A DNA stretch of 37,088 nucleotides from the IMG/VR virus record IMGVR_UViG_3300037482_000223, positions 1 to 37,088 of that record; one strand, 5' to 3'. Both the position numbers and the translations under genes were made by a program. This DNA comes from a virus (Duplodnaviria; Caudoviricetes). This document shows, in pieces, positions 7,868-15,556 of this stretch; the stretch's first letter is position 1, and the number at the start of each line of letters is the position of its first letter. Under the pieces are notes generated by a model. The model made no database searches and had not been told where the DNA came from. It saw only the letters and a program-made list of their open reading frames with translations.

Positions 7868-9126
7868 CACCAAGGATCCGGTAGGTCGTCGATGTCATCG
7901 ATGGTCAGAATCTCATCTTCTGAGGGGGTGTCGGAAGACCCCTCAGAAGGCCCTCTGGAAGGGTGGGGTGTACTACTAGACACCCCAGACTGTCCGTGTC
8001 GCTGACCAGGGCTTTTAGAGGCCTGTCCGTGGACTGTCCGTGGCTCCTCAGACAGCGGTAGATGTATCTGGTCGGAGCTGGTTCGGCGGTATTTGATAGC
8101 AGCCGAAAGTAGATCATTCGGGGCGGTCTCCCCGTTGTCTTTGAGGATCTGCCGAACGCTGGGTCGACCGAGTTCGGGGTCAACTCCCAGACTGTCGAGT
8201 ACCTTGGCGAGCCGCTTGGTCCCTTCCGGCCAGCTGGCTACCGCCGGGGTGTAGGTGACCGGAAAATGGTTTCTATCGAGCTCGGCGTATTCGGGGACCC
8301 ATCCCATCCGCCGTTTCTCCGCTTTCAGCCGGACTCCTTGGTCTCGTCGTTGTAACCGCCAGATGAGGTCGACGTCGTCACGTTTCGCTGAGGTGCCTCG
8401 AGCTCCCAGAGTGACATCCTTGCCGGCGTGGTCGACCCGGAGGACGGCCCGCCCAGCTGATTTGAGGAGCCGGCCGGTATACAGGTCATAATTGTGGAGG
8501 GTGTCGGCGTCGTTCTCTTTCCCGGCGACGATCCTCATGAAAGTGTCGATGATGACCAGTTGGGCGTCCCGTTCGGCACACAGTTCGGCGAGAGCCTGGC
8601 CTCCTTCGGCGGTGTCGAGGTTGGGGATGGTGGGATGAAGCTGATAGTGGAGGTTGGTCAGGTCGGTTTCCGGGCCGTAGTCCATGTCGTAGAGCCGGTC
8701 CATCAGGTCAGCGTTGGTCATCTCGAAATCCAGGTAGAGGACTGAGATGCCTTTGATGGCAGCCTGGCAGGCGAGCGCTAAGACGAGCTCGGACTTGCCT
8801 TCCCCGGCGGGGGCGTAGAGGGCGATGCTGCGCCCTCGAGGGATGACCGGGTCTATCAGCCAGTCGTGTTCGGTGGTTGTCTGGGTCCAAAATGTTTTCC
8901 AGTCGACGTCGGGATCGTCCGGGTCTGGTCCCCCGGGCAGGTGGATATCGGAGACCAACACGAACCACTCATCGATGTATCCCGGCTCGTAGGCGGCGAG
9001 CCACCCTCCCGCCGTGTCGACGAGAGGATGAGCACCGTTGCTTCTGGCCTTGAGGACGACCTCATAGTCATCTGGCAGTTGTGTGAGGGTCTTGGAGAGG
9101 GTCAAAGGGCATCTACCCACCACCAA
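7867..9126 (-). CDS. AAA_25/RepA-like replicative helicase
   Basis: WLIDPVIPRG, Walker A APAGEGKS, VLYLDFEM, Walker B LVIIDT, VDHAGKD…ARGTSAKRDDVD. Confidence 0.88.
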   Translation of the reverse strand: MVVGRCPLTLSKTLTQLPDDYEVVLKARSNGAHPLVDTAGGWLAAYEPGYIDEWFVLVSDIHLPGGPDPDDPDVDWKTFWTQTTTEHDWLIDPVIPRGRSIALYAPAGEGKSELVLALACQAAIKGISVLYLDFEMTNADLMDRLYDMDYGPETDLTNLHYQLHPTIPNLDTAEGGQALAELCAERDAQLVIIDTFMRIVAGKENDADTLHNYDLYTGRLLKSAGRAVLRVDHAGKDVTLGARGTSAKRDDVDLIWRLQRRDQGVRLKAEKRRMGWVPEYAELDRNHFPVTYTPAVASWPEGTKRLAKVLDSLGVDPELGRPSVRQILKDNGETAPNDLLSAAIKYRRTSSDQIHLPLSEEPRTVHGQASKSPGQRHGQSGVSSSTPHPSRGPSEGSSDTPSEDEILTIDDIDDLPDPW

Positions 9127-9499
9127 GCTCAGGATCGACGTCTGGGACGATCACTGAGGGCTTGAAGATGACTCGGTAGCGGTACACGCTTACATCGGCA
9201 GACTCCAACTGCTCAACAAAATAGGAGACGTTGTCACTTAGCCCGAGGAAGTGCTTCTTGTACTCGTCCGGGCCGATTTTGCAGGTGACCTCCAACTGAT
9301 TGACCTGATCCTCGATCGAACATCGCCCCTCGATCGACAACAAGTAACTGTCGGTGATCCCATTGAAAAACACGACACGGCGCTCAATCTCAAATTGATC
9401 CGCTGCGACCGACAGGTTGCGTGATGCCACTTGGGCGTCGGTATCGCACCCCACCAATATGAGCGCACTCAGACAGAGGATGGTGATGAACCTCCCCAT
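9113..9499 (-). CDS. Phage lipoprotein (widespread beta-sandwich family)
   Basis: Lipobox LVGC; ASRNLS.AADQFEIERRVVFFNGITD…KKHFLGLSDNV signature. Confidence 0.85.
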   Translation of the reverse strand: MGRFITILCLSALILVGCDTDAQVASRNLSVAADQFEIERRVVFFNGITDSYLLSIEGRCSIEDQVNQLEVTCKIGPDEYKKHFLGLSDNVSYFVEQLESADVSVYRYRVIFKPSVIVPDVDPELGGG

Positions 9500-9954
9500 T
9501 AGAACGGTGCCTCATCATCGGCAGCAGCCTTCTTCGCTCGCGCCGGGGCTTTGCCTTTGCCCGCACGGAGTTTGACGACCTTCTCTTTCTCCTGGGGGCT
9601 GCCCTCCCGGTCGAACCCGTCGAACCGTTCGAACATGACCTGGCAGCGAACCCCGATGTAGTTCTCGAGGTCGACGGTCTCCTCGTCGGGATCCCAACCG
9701 AGCCCTCGCGCCCAGCCGTAGAGCTTGGATCTCTTGGACAGCTTCTGGGAGGCGAAGGCCCACGTCTCACGCTGGACCTCTTCGCCGTTGTCCAGGGTGT
9801 AGATGTCACCATCCAATTCGATGATGAACTTCAATCCGGGACCCCATTGTCCATCGGTGGTTTCCTCGATCGACGTGATCTGCCCGTCGAACCATTCGTC
9901 TTCTTCGTGTAGCTCGAAGCCTCCCGATTCGGAGACTGTCAATGTGAGTGGCAT
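9499..9954 (-). CDS. Single-stranded DNA-binding-like protein (alternative start 10032)
   Basis: Beta-rich OB-like body, acidic tail DDEAPF, strong GGGAGG RBS before MPLTL; replication context. Confidence 0.65.
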   Translation of the reverse strand: MPLTLTVSESGGFELHEEDEWFDGQITSIEETTDGQWGPGLKFIIELDGDIYTLDNGEEVQRETWAFASQKLSKRSKLYGWARGLGWDPDEETVDLENYIGVRCQVMFERFDGFDREGSPQEKEKVVKLRAGKGKAPARAKKAAADDEAPF

Positions 9955-9979
9955 TAGGAACCTCCCTTGGTTGTCGTGG
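9943..9979. repeat. 37 bp direct repeat, copy 1
   Basis: TGTGAGTGGCATTAGGAACCTCCCTTGGTTGTCGTGG, identical to 10541-10577. Confidence 0.95.
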
Positions 9980-10028
9980 TCGCTTGGGTCTTCCCCGAAT
10001 AGGGAAGTTTGGATAGTAGATAAGACGG

Positions 10029-10310
10029 TCATGGTGATGTAACACCTGCAACGTTTAGAGCCGGTTGATGACGCCTTATCTGAATTGCTTCAGCCGTTTC
10101 TGCGTGGTATCGAGAGTCGTACTCCTCCCATTCGATTCGGGTGAATGACTTGTAACGCATAGCACCGCTCAGATGTTGCGAGATGCGTCGCAGCAGGTGA
10201 TTAGTCACACCCACATATTGCAACTGGTCACCAAGCAAAAGTCGGTAAACGACCTGAGCACCAGGAGGAGGGAAGTCACCACTTATGGAGCCAGAGTCCA
10301 TCAGAGTCAC
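10029..10310 (-). CDS. Small GIY-YIG nuclease domain protein
   Basis: VVYRL…YVGVT…RRISQH…AE…I…P.LN. Confidence 0.85.
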   Translation of the reverse strand: MTLMDSGSISGDFPPPGAQVVYRLLLGDQLQYVGVTNHLLRRISQHLSGAMRYKSFTRIEWEEYDSRYHAETAEAIQIRRHQPALNVAGVTSP

Positions 10311-10552
10311 GATGTCGTCTTCCGGCGAGCTTGTGATGACTTGAGTGCCAACCGATAGAAGTACGCCTTCTTGGCATGTTCCGCGCGACGCGCTCGCTCC
10401 TTGGGGTGAAGCTTGCCTTCTGGATCGACCTCTTTCTCGAATCGATCCATAAAAGCTTTGCGTGCTGGTTCAGTATTGGTGCCCCCCTGTGCATGAAGCT
10501 GGTGAGCAGCCGACCTTGACTTCATCGATCGCTGGTTTGGTGTGAGTGGCAT
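10307..10552 (-). CDS. Small basic protein of a family common in actinobacterial mobile elements
   Basis: T.PARKAF.DRFEKEVDPEG.L.P.ERARRAEHAKKAYF.RLALKS..ARR pattern. Confidence 0.8.
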   Translation of the reverse strand: MPLTPNQRSMKSRSAAHQLHAQGGTNTEPARKAFMDRFEKEVDPEGKLHPKERARRAEHAKKAYFYRLALKSSQARRKTTS

Positions 10553-10577
10553 TAGGAACCTCCCTTGGTTGTCGTGG
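10541..10577. repeat. 37 bp direct repeat, copy 2
   Basis: Identical to 9943-9979. Confidence 0.95.
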
Positions 10578-10752
10578 CCACGTCATCCTCCTGGTGGAGG
10601 ACATTTAAGGATCGATGCCAGTCGGCGTGTTGCTCCCAATACCAGAAGGGGATTAGGGCATAACAGCCATCACACAAACTGACCGAGTGGTGGATGTTGG
10701 CGTCTTCATCTTCGATGATGTATTCGGTGTATGGGACTCGTTCAACCGGCAT
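10552..10752 (-). CDS. Small C2H2-like Zn-finger protein (66 aa)
   Basis: CDGC…HADWH; ATG 10752 preceded by GAGGAG. Confidence 0.65.
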   Translation of the reverse strand: MPVERVPYTEYIIEDEDANIHHSVSLCDGCYALIPFWYWEQHADWHRSLNVLHQEDDVATTTKGGS

Positions 10753-11557
10753 GGCTCTCCTCTTCCACCATTTCCAACACCCCATCAAAGGCATCCGCCT
10801 CAAAGTCGTCCCTCCACTTCTGCACCGACCGCAAGGCGACAAAGGTGCGGAAGGCCCGCTCGGTCAGCTTCACCGGATGAGCCTTGAAGGTGGCGTCCCC
10901 GGGAAGGTGGACTACGTGGGCTTCGGTGATCTGCGGGAATGCGAGCTCGGTACCGTCGCTGGCGCCGATGAAGTCGGCGTTGGCGTAGGCCACCAGTTGC
11001 AGGGCGTGCTCCGGGTAAATGTTGTTGGAGGTCTTCCAGTCGACCGCGCACACCGCCCCGTTGTGGAGTTTGACGATGGCGTCGACGGTGCCGGCGTACT
11101 CGTATTGCCGGTTGAACACGGTGACCTCGGAGTGGAGCACCCGGTGGACGTGGGCGTTGAGATATTGGATGGCCCCGGCGATGTAGGGGAGGAGGTCGAG
11201 GTCATCGACAGCTGGCAGTTCGAGCCCGGCGTAGTCGGGCACCTTGATCTTCTGTGCCATCCACAAGTCGACCGTCTCGTGGACGGCGGTGCCGATGTTT
11301 CCCTTCCGCTTCATGTTCCGGTAGGGGGCACCCTTCAACAGATCTACCGCGTCATCCGGCGGCAGGTTCTCCCAGGAAGGGATGTGCTCCACCGCGTAAC
11401 GTGCCACCTCGCGGGCGGCCCAGTTGGGTAGAGCAGGCTTGTTGAGGTTGCCGAGGATGGTGGTGACGCTCGGGACGACGAGCTCCGGCTGGTCGGTGTT
11501 CGGCGGCCAGACATAACGCCGGCCACCCTTGTTGCGGGCGAGGGAAGGGGCGCTCAC
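10742..11557 (-). CDS. PD-(D/E)XK (Cas4/RecB-like) exonuclease
   Basis: PSVTTIL…GTAVH…SE…YAGTVD…DWKTS…LQLVAY. Confidence 0.88.
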   Translation of the reverse strand: MSAPSLARNKGGRRYVWPPNTDQPELVVPSVTTILGNLNKPALPNWAAREVARYAVEHIPSWENLPPDDAVDLLKGAPYRNMKRKGNIGTAVHETVDLWMAQKIKVPDYAGLELPAVDDLDLLPYIAGAIQYLNAHVHRVLHSEVTVFNRQYEYAGTVDAIVKLHNGAVCAVDWKTSNNIYPEHALQLVAYANADFIGASDGTELAFPQITEAHVVHLPGDATFKAHPVKLTERAFRTFVALRSVQKWRDDFEADAFDGVLEMVEEESHAG

Positions 11558-11739
11558 ACATTCTCCTCGAGCCACCGGTCGTGACAATCCTCACATTCGA
11601 CCAGCCAGGCTTCGGACGGGTGCCGGGTGAGGATCAGAAAGGTCTCCGAGCCGCAGGAGGGGCATTCGGGCTGCCGACGCTGCCGGTGCCGTTCCACCAC
11701 TTCGGCGGCGTACCCGGCGAGGATCTCGGCGGGGTTCAT
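11554..11739 (-). CDS. Zn-ribbon protein
   Basis: CPSCGS…ECEDCH..W. Confidence 0.7.
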   Translation of the reverse strand: MNPAEILAGYAAEVVERHRQRRQPECPSCGSETFLILTRHPSEAWLVECEDCHDRWLEENV

Positions 11740-11813
11740 CCGTACAGCCTCCACAGGGTTTCACCGATGAGGATGCCGATGGCGGAGAGGACCCGACGGG
11801 CTTCGACGGTCAC
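11736..11813 (-). CDS. 25 aa peptide (MTVEARRVLSAIGILIGETLWRLYG)
   Basis: 4-bp overlaps on both sides; GGAGG RBS. Confidence 0.5.
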   Translation of the reverse strand: MTVEARRVLSAIGILIGETLWRLYG

Positions 11814-12061
11814 GCCACCCTCCTTCGCATCCTCCGCCGCTGCTGAGCGTTGGTCCCGGCGAAGATGCCGAAGTCGTCGTGAGCCGAATAGGAGAGCGCA
11901 TAGTCCAGGCATTCGGCGCGCACGGCACACCCGGCGCAGATCCGGTGTGCCCGCCGGTCTGCCGGTCCCTGGACGGTGGGGAAGAACAGGTCGGAGGGCA
12001 TCCCCCGGCAGGCAGCATGGATCATCCAGTCGGGGGTGTCGAAGTAGTCGGCGAGGTTCAC
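11810..12061 (-). CDS. whiB: WhiB-family Fe-S transcription regulator
   Basis: W…AAC…LFFP…ICAGCAVRAECLDYAL…GIFAG…R. Confidence 0.95.
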   Translation of the reverse strand: MNLADYFDTPDWMIHAACRGMPSDLFFPTVQGPADRRAHRICAGCAVRAECLDYALSYSAHDDFGIFAGTNAQQRRRMRRRVA

Positions 12062-13353
12062 ACTGTCACCTCGTCGAAGAAGAACGGCCCGACTCGCTCC
12101 CGGGCCAACTCAAGATTCCGCTCGTCTAGATCGATGCCGATGCTGTCATGGCCGTGGCCGTGAGCCACCATCAACGTCGTACCTGATCCGGCGAATGGGT
12201 CGAGGACTAGGCCGGGACGCCAATCGTCGTGGCCACAGTCGGTCCAGCCGGTTGTTCTGTCAATCCGCGAAGCTCGACCGTGAATCATTCCTGCTGGATT
12301 CGGGTCATAGTTCCCGATTTGCCGACCTTCTCCAAGGTTGGCTAAAACTCTTGGTTCAGCGTTGTTTTTGGCCGGGTCTTCTAGTGACTGGTATTCCGTC
12401 TCAACGATCCGCCGACTCGGCTCCCCACACGTCCGACACACCCGTTCCGGGGTCATCGCCTTCACCAATGGCACCACCAGCTCAGCGGGAAAAACTGCGT
12501 AATGGGAGCCCTTAAAACCGCCGGGGGGGATCTCCCAGTAGTCGAGGAGGGGAGCGCCCGCAGTAGGATCGGAGTCAACCTGAGCGAGCGTTGACCAATT
12601 GCCGTCCCTCTGTTGCGAGGGCAAGTCGTGCCGAGGCGTTGCCGACCTCGCGTGAGTGTTCGGACTCGATGCCTTCCTCGTCGCCAGGTCATCCCAATAC
12701 CGTTTCCCCGACAGGCACGCCACCACCACGTCAGACGTAGCTGGCCTCCACTTATCACCGAGAGCACCGACAGGTGGGTTGGGACGACACCAGGTGACCA
12801 CGTTGCGTACCCGCCATTGCCCGGTGGGAGAGGGTTGGCCGGTGAGCGGGTTGAAGCCGTAGGCGAGGGCGACCCGGTACAGCTCGGGGATGAGGGTGCG
12901 GGATTTGGCGAGCGGCCAGCCTTGACCAGCGCCGGTCAGTGTGTTCGCTCCCGAGAAGGTCGGGTCGCGCATCCCGTCCGGGTTGCCTCGATCATCGGCG
13001 TAGCGGGCAAGACGACCGGAGCCACCGTAAGCCTCCTGGTACTCTCGCCACCCGTTCTCTTGGTAGTCGCCACCCGCGCCACCGCTCCCCGCGTAGGTGT
13101 CGCCCAGCTCGATCGCAATGCTCCCGTGCGGAGCCAACACCCGCCGCAACTCCTGTGTCACTCGGAGCAGCACGTCAAGAAACTCGGCAGGTGTCGCCTC
13201 AGACCCGATCTCCTTCCCCTTGTCCGGATGGTCGCTAGGCAAATAAGAGCGAAGCGCCAGAAACGGGGGAGACGTGACCACCAGATCCACTGACCCGTCG
13301 TCGATGGTGGCGAGCCCGTCAAACACGTCAGCAACCAGGTAGCGGACGGTCAT
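12058..13353 (-). CDS. Orphan DNA methyltransferase, N4-C/N6-A, beta class
   Basis: Motif IV VTSPPF near the N-terminus, HYAVFP, motif I VLDPFAGSGTT near the C-terminus; real start MTVRYL at 13353. Confidence 0.92.
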   Translation of the reverse strand: MTVRYLVADVFDGLATIDDGSVDLVVTSPPFLALRSYLPSDHPDKGKEIGSEATPAEFLDVLLRVTQELRRVLAPHGSIAIELGDTYAGSGGAGGDYQENGWREYQEAYGGSGRLARYADDRGNPDGMRDPTFSGANTLTGAGQGWPLAKSRTLIPELYRVALAYGFNPLTGQPSPTGQWRVRNVVTWCRPNPPVGALGDKWRPATSDVVVACLSGKRYWDDLATRKASSPNTHARSATPRHDLPSQQRDGNWSTLAQVDSDPTAGAPLLDYWEIPPGGFKGSHYAVFPAELVVPLVKAMTPERVCRTCGEPSRRIVETEYQSLEDPAKNNAEPRVLANLGEGRQIGNYDPNPAGMIHGRASRIDRTTGWTDCGHDDWRPGLVLDPFAGSGTTLMVAHGHGHDSIGIDLDERNLELARERVGPFFFDEVTV

Positions 13354-13475
13354 TCCTCTACCTCCGGATACCACTGTTCCACCAGGCGCCCCAGCCATCC
13401 GCCGAGCAACCAGCCGATCACACCGGAGGCGAGAATCCAGAGGACGCCGATCAGGAGGATGGTGGAGAGGGTCAT
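13350..13475 (-). CDS. Small membrane protein (41 aa)
   Basis: Hydrophobic MTLSTILLIGVLWILASGVIGWLLGG; coupled on both sides. Confidence 0.65.
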   Translation of the reverse strand: MTLSTILLIGVLWILASGVIGWLLGGWLGRLVEQWYPEVEE

Positions 13476-13708
13476 TCGGTCCATTCCCGTTCCCCGCATC
13501 GTCGACAGATGAAATAGAACCCAAGTCCTTGCTCGTAATCCCAATCATGTTCAGCGCATGGAGGTCGTCGCGATGATGGAAGCTGACCCTGATAAAGACG
13601 CAGGTCATGATCGGTGCAATAGACACATGGACCCATCTGCTTCCATTGACAGGTGTTATGCGTCTCCAACAAGGCATCGAAAGGGTTCGATTCAGCATTG
13701 GCTCCCAT
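13472..13708 (-). CDS. Cys/His-rich hypothetical protein
   Basis: HNTC…C..C..H, C.EHDW…ICRRCG. Confidence 0.7.
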   Translation of the reverse strand: MGANAESNPFDALLETHNTCQWKQMGPCVYCTDHDLRLYQGQLPSSRRPPCAEHDWDYEQGLGFYFICRRCGEREWTE

Positions 13709-14197
13709 TTAGCGACACTCCCCCCGAAGCCACGGACTCCAATGCCCCCACCCTCCATCGGCGTAGAGGGCCGCAGAAATCTTCAGGTTGACCGCGGGAT
13801 CGAACAGGTCGCTCGACTTATAACCGAACACCGATGCCCAAGAAGGGAGCACCTGGAGAAGACCCGACGCGCCACTCGAGGGATTGCGAGCGTCAGGGTT
13901 GCCTCTCGACTCCGCAGCGATCAGACAGAGGGCCGTCTCCACGTCATCGAAATAGACGGCCACCAGCGCCCGCCACCGTTCCACATCCACGCCCATCCCA
14001 CGGAACACCGGGCTCTCCGGCTGGCTCTCGTCCCAATACCAGGGGTGTCGTTGCCGCATGTCCACCAGTTCGGCGAGCAGACCGGTCGACAGGTCGATTT
14101 CAGCGGCGGTGTGCCAGGCGTCCTCCCAGACGGTCATCTCTGCCTGAGTGTGGGCGTGGATGGGGACGAGGAGGCTGGCTGTCAGCACCAGGGTCAC
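13709..14197 (-). CDS. Lytic transglycosylase (SLT-like) with hydrophobic N-terminus
   Basis: IAAESRGNPDA.N..SGASGLLQ…DPAVN…GW.HW; GTG start at 14197 overlaps the upstream stop. Confidence 0.88.
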   Translation of the reverse strand: MTLVLTASLLVPIHAHTQAEMTVWEDAWHTAAEIDLSTGLLAELVDMRQRHPWYWDESQPESPVFRGMGVDVERWRALVAVYFDDVETALCLIAAESRGNPDARNPSSGASGLLQVLPSWASVFGYKSSDLFDPAVNLKISAALYADGGWGHWSPWLRGECR

Positions 14198-14367
14198 GGA
14201 ATCCGCCCGTGTATCTGAGAATCGAACCGCCGATACGAGTCGTCGAGGGTGACGGGAGGCGGGCGGCGGGACCGGGACGCAAGCCAGCTCCATACCAGGC
14301 TCAGCACCAAGCCCGCGGAGATCCCGGTCACGCCACCCATGAGGAAACCGCTCTGGAAGGAGGTCAT
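14194..14367 (-). CDS. Small membrane protein (57 aa, MTSFQSGFLMGGVTG…)
   Basis: Translated by hand; coupled on both sides; one TM helix. Confidence 0.65.
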   Translation of the reverse strand: MTSFQSGFLMGGVTGISAGLVLSLVWSWLASRSRRPPPVTLDDSYRRFDSQIHGRIP

Positions 14368-14579
14368 GACTTGTCCTCCTCATCGCGGACGATGATGAAT
14401 TTCAACCGCCAAAGTTCCAGAGTCTCCCCTGTCCCCTCACGAACCTCCCAGTGGCTGGATTCATAGGGTGTCAAACCAAGATGAGCATCGATAAGGATGG
14501 CTTTGAGGTCCCAGACCATCTCCGCCTCTGGTGTCGTCTCGCGCCTCACGCCGACTCCGTCGGTTGGGTGGGGGTCCAC
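14364..14579 (-). CDS. Hypothetical protein
   Basis: 71 aa in operon; start uncertain. Confidence 0.5.
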   Translation of the reverse strand: MDPHPTDGVGVRRETTPEAEMVWDLKAILIDAHLGLTPYESSHWEVREGTGETLELWRLKFIIVRDEEDKS

Positions 14580-14827
14580 GCAGGCACCCCCGACCCAACC
14601 TCTATCCCAGCGACCCGCGGTGAAGATCCGACAGGCAGTGACGAGGGACCGCCGGGAAGGGTTGCCGCGAGAGTGGTCAAATGGGGCGCATTTGAGGAGA
14701 GGCTGTCTAGACCTTCACTCCCGCGGCAAGACGGACAAACCAAATCTTGGTGGAGTTCGGAGCGGATGAACACGGTCACCCGGTCGTCACCACAGACAGG
14801 GCAGAAGGCGGGTTCGAGGACGGTCAT
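14546..14827 (-). CDS. Zn-ribbon hypothetical protein
   Basis: CPVCG…CPSC; ATGA coupling. Confidence 0.55.
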   Translation of the reverse strand: MTVLEPAFCPVCGDDRVTVFIRSELHQDLVCPSCRGSEGLDSLSSNAPHLTTLAATLPGGPSSLPVGSSPRVAGIEVGSGVPAWTPTQPTESA

Positions 14828-15063
14828 ATCTGATCCGCCACCCGGAGGTAAATCACACCCTGCTTGACTGTGATGTCGATTCCAATCAGCTGCGCGTAAA
14901 TCGCACTACGCGCTGATGTCCAAGCATTGCTTGTGGATATCCCCTCAGGAACGTCACTTGCGAACCATTCGTCACGGTTGGCTATTGCCTTAGCGGCCAC
15001 CTCTTCTATTTCCGGCCACTTGGTGAGCCGCTTGACCGGTGGAGCTTCCCGTCGGACAGTCAC
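14824..15063 (-). CDS. Hypothetical protein, possibly DNA-binding
   Basis: 79 aa, GAGGAG RBS, coupled. Confidence 0.7.
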   Translation of the reverse strand: MTVRREAPPVKRLTKWPEIEEVAAKAIANRDEWFASDVPEGISTSNAWTSARSAIYAQLIGIDITVKQGVIYLRVADQI

Positions 15064-15236
15064 TTCGTCTCCTCATCCCGATACTCGCGGGGCAGCCGGT
15101 AATCCCACGACGGATCAAGACGTGGCCGGTAGACACCGAGGGTGCGACGGGGGAAATGTCGCAGGCCGACCCGAGGGAGCTCCGTGGGGGAGAGGAGGGG
15201 ACGAAATCGGCCTGCGAACTTTGTGGTGGTGGTCAT
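15060..15236 (-). CDS. Hypothetical 58 aa Arg/Pro-rich protein
   Basis: Translated by hand (MTTTTKFAGRF…DEETK); 4-bp overlaps at both ends. Confidence 0.5.
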   Translation of the reverse strand: MTTTTKFAGRFRPLLSPTELPRVGLRHFPRRTLGVYRPRLDPSWDYRLPREYRDEETK

Positions 15237-15427
15237 GATGCTTTCTCGTTGCGTTGGGTGGGTGCGGGGAGATCGAGGGTCTTCAACATCTGGTAGACCG
15301 CCGACCGTGTGACGTCTAGTACTCGGGAGATCTCAGCGACCGAAGCCCCGGCGTTGTAGAGGCTGGCGACCTTCGCCCGTCGGGCCTGGATCCCTCGTTC
15401 GCGTGGTGTGAGTGTGTCAGTGTTCAA
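15233..15427 (-). CDS. Cro-like HTH protein
   Basis: LYNAGASVAEISRVLDVTRSAVYQML HTH; divergent from the repressor; TTG start placed downstream of the promoter. Confidence 0.82.
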   Translation of the reverse strand: MNTDTLTPRERGIQARRAKVASLYNAGASVAEISRVLDVTRSAVYQMLKTLDLPAPTQRNEKAS

Positions 15428-15437
15428 GACATTAGAC

Positions 15438-15466
15438 ACTGTAGACCCAACCACTCTGCGTGTCAA
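15438..15466 (-). promoter_or_regulatory. Early (lytic) promoter
   Basis: TTGACA-17 bp-TACAGT. Confidence 0.75.
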
Positions 15467-15481
15467 GTATCAAGTCCACTC

Positions 15482-15511
15482 TTGACATGAACACTTGAAG
15501 CCCTGTATCTT
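15482..15511 (+). promoter_or_regulatory. Repressor promoter
   Basis: TTGACA-18 bp-TATCTT; AAGGAGG RBS at about 15543-15549. Confidence 0.6.
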
Positions 15512-15556
15512 CACCAGTGAGGGCTCCACCGGGTAGAGAGCTAAGGAGGCTCCGAC

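Noticed and set aside
10742-11557. CRISPR-associated Cas4
   Set aside because: No Fe-S cysteine cluster, array or other cas genes; it is an ordinary phage PD-(D/E)XK exonuclease
13354-13758. 135 aa N-terminal extension of the methyltransferase (566 aa ORF)
   Set aside because: The region is better explained by two coupled small genes, and the MTase has its own RBS and ATGA-coupled start at 13353
14198-14383. N-terminal extension of the SLT ORF (224 aa call)
   Set aside because: A coupled 57 aa membrane ORF occupies this interval; the SLT starts at GTG 14197
15480-15490. TCTTGACATGA as a third dif-like arm
   Set aside because: Explained by the TTGACA -35 box and operator; no partner arm at 6 bp spacing
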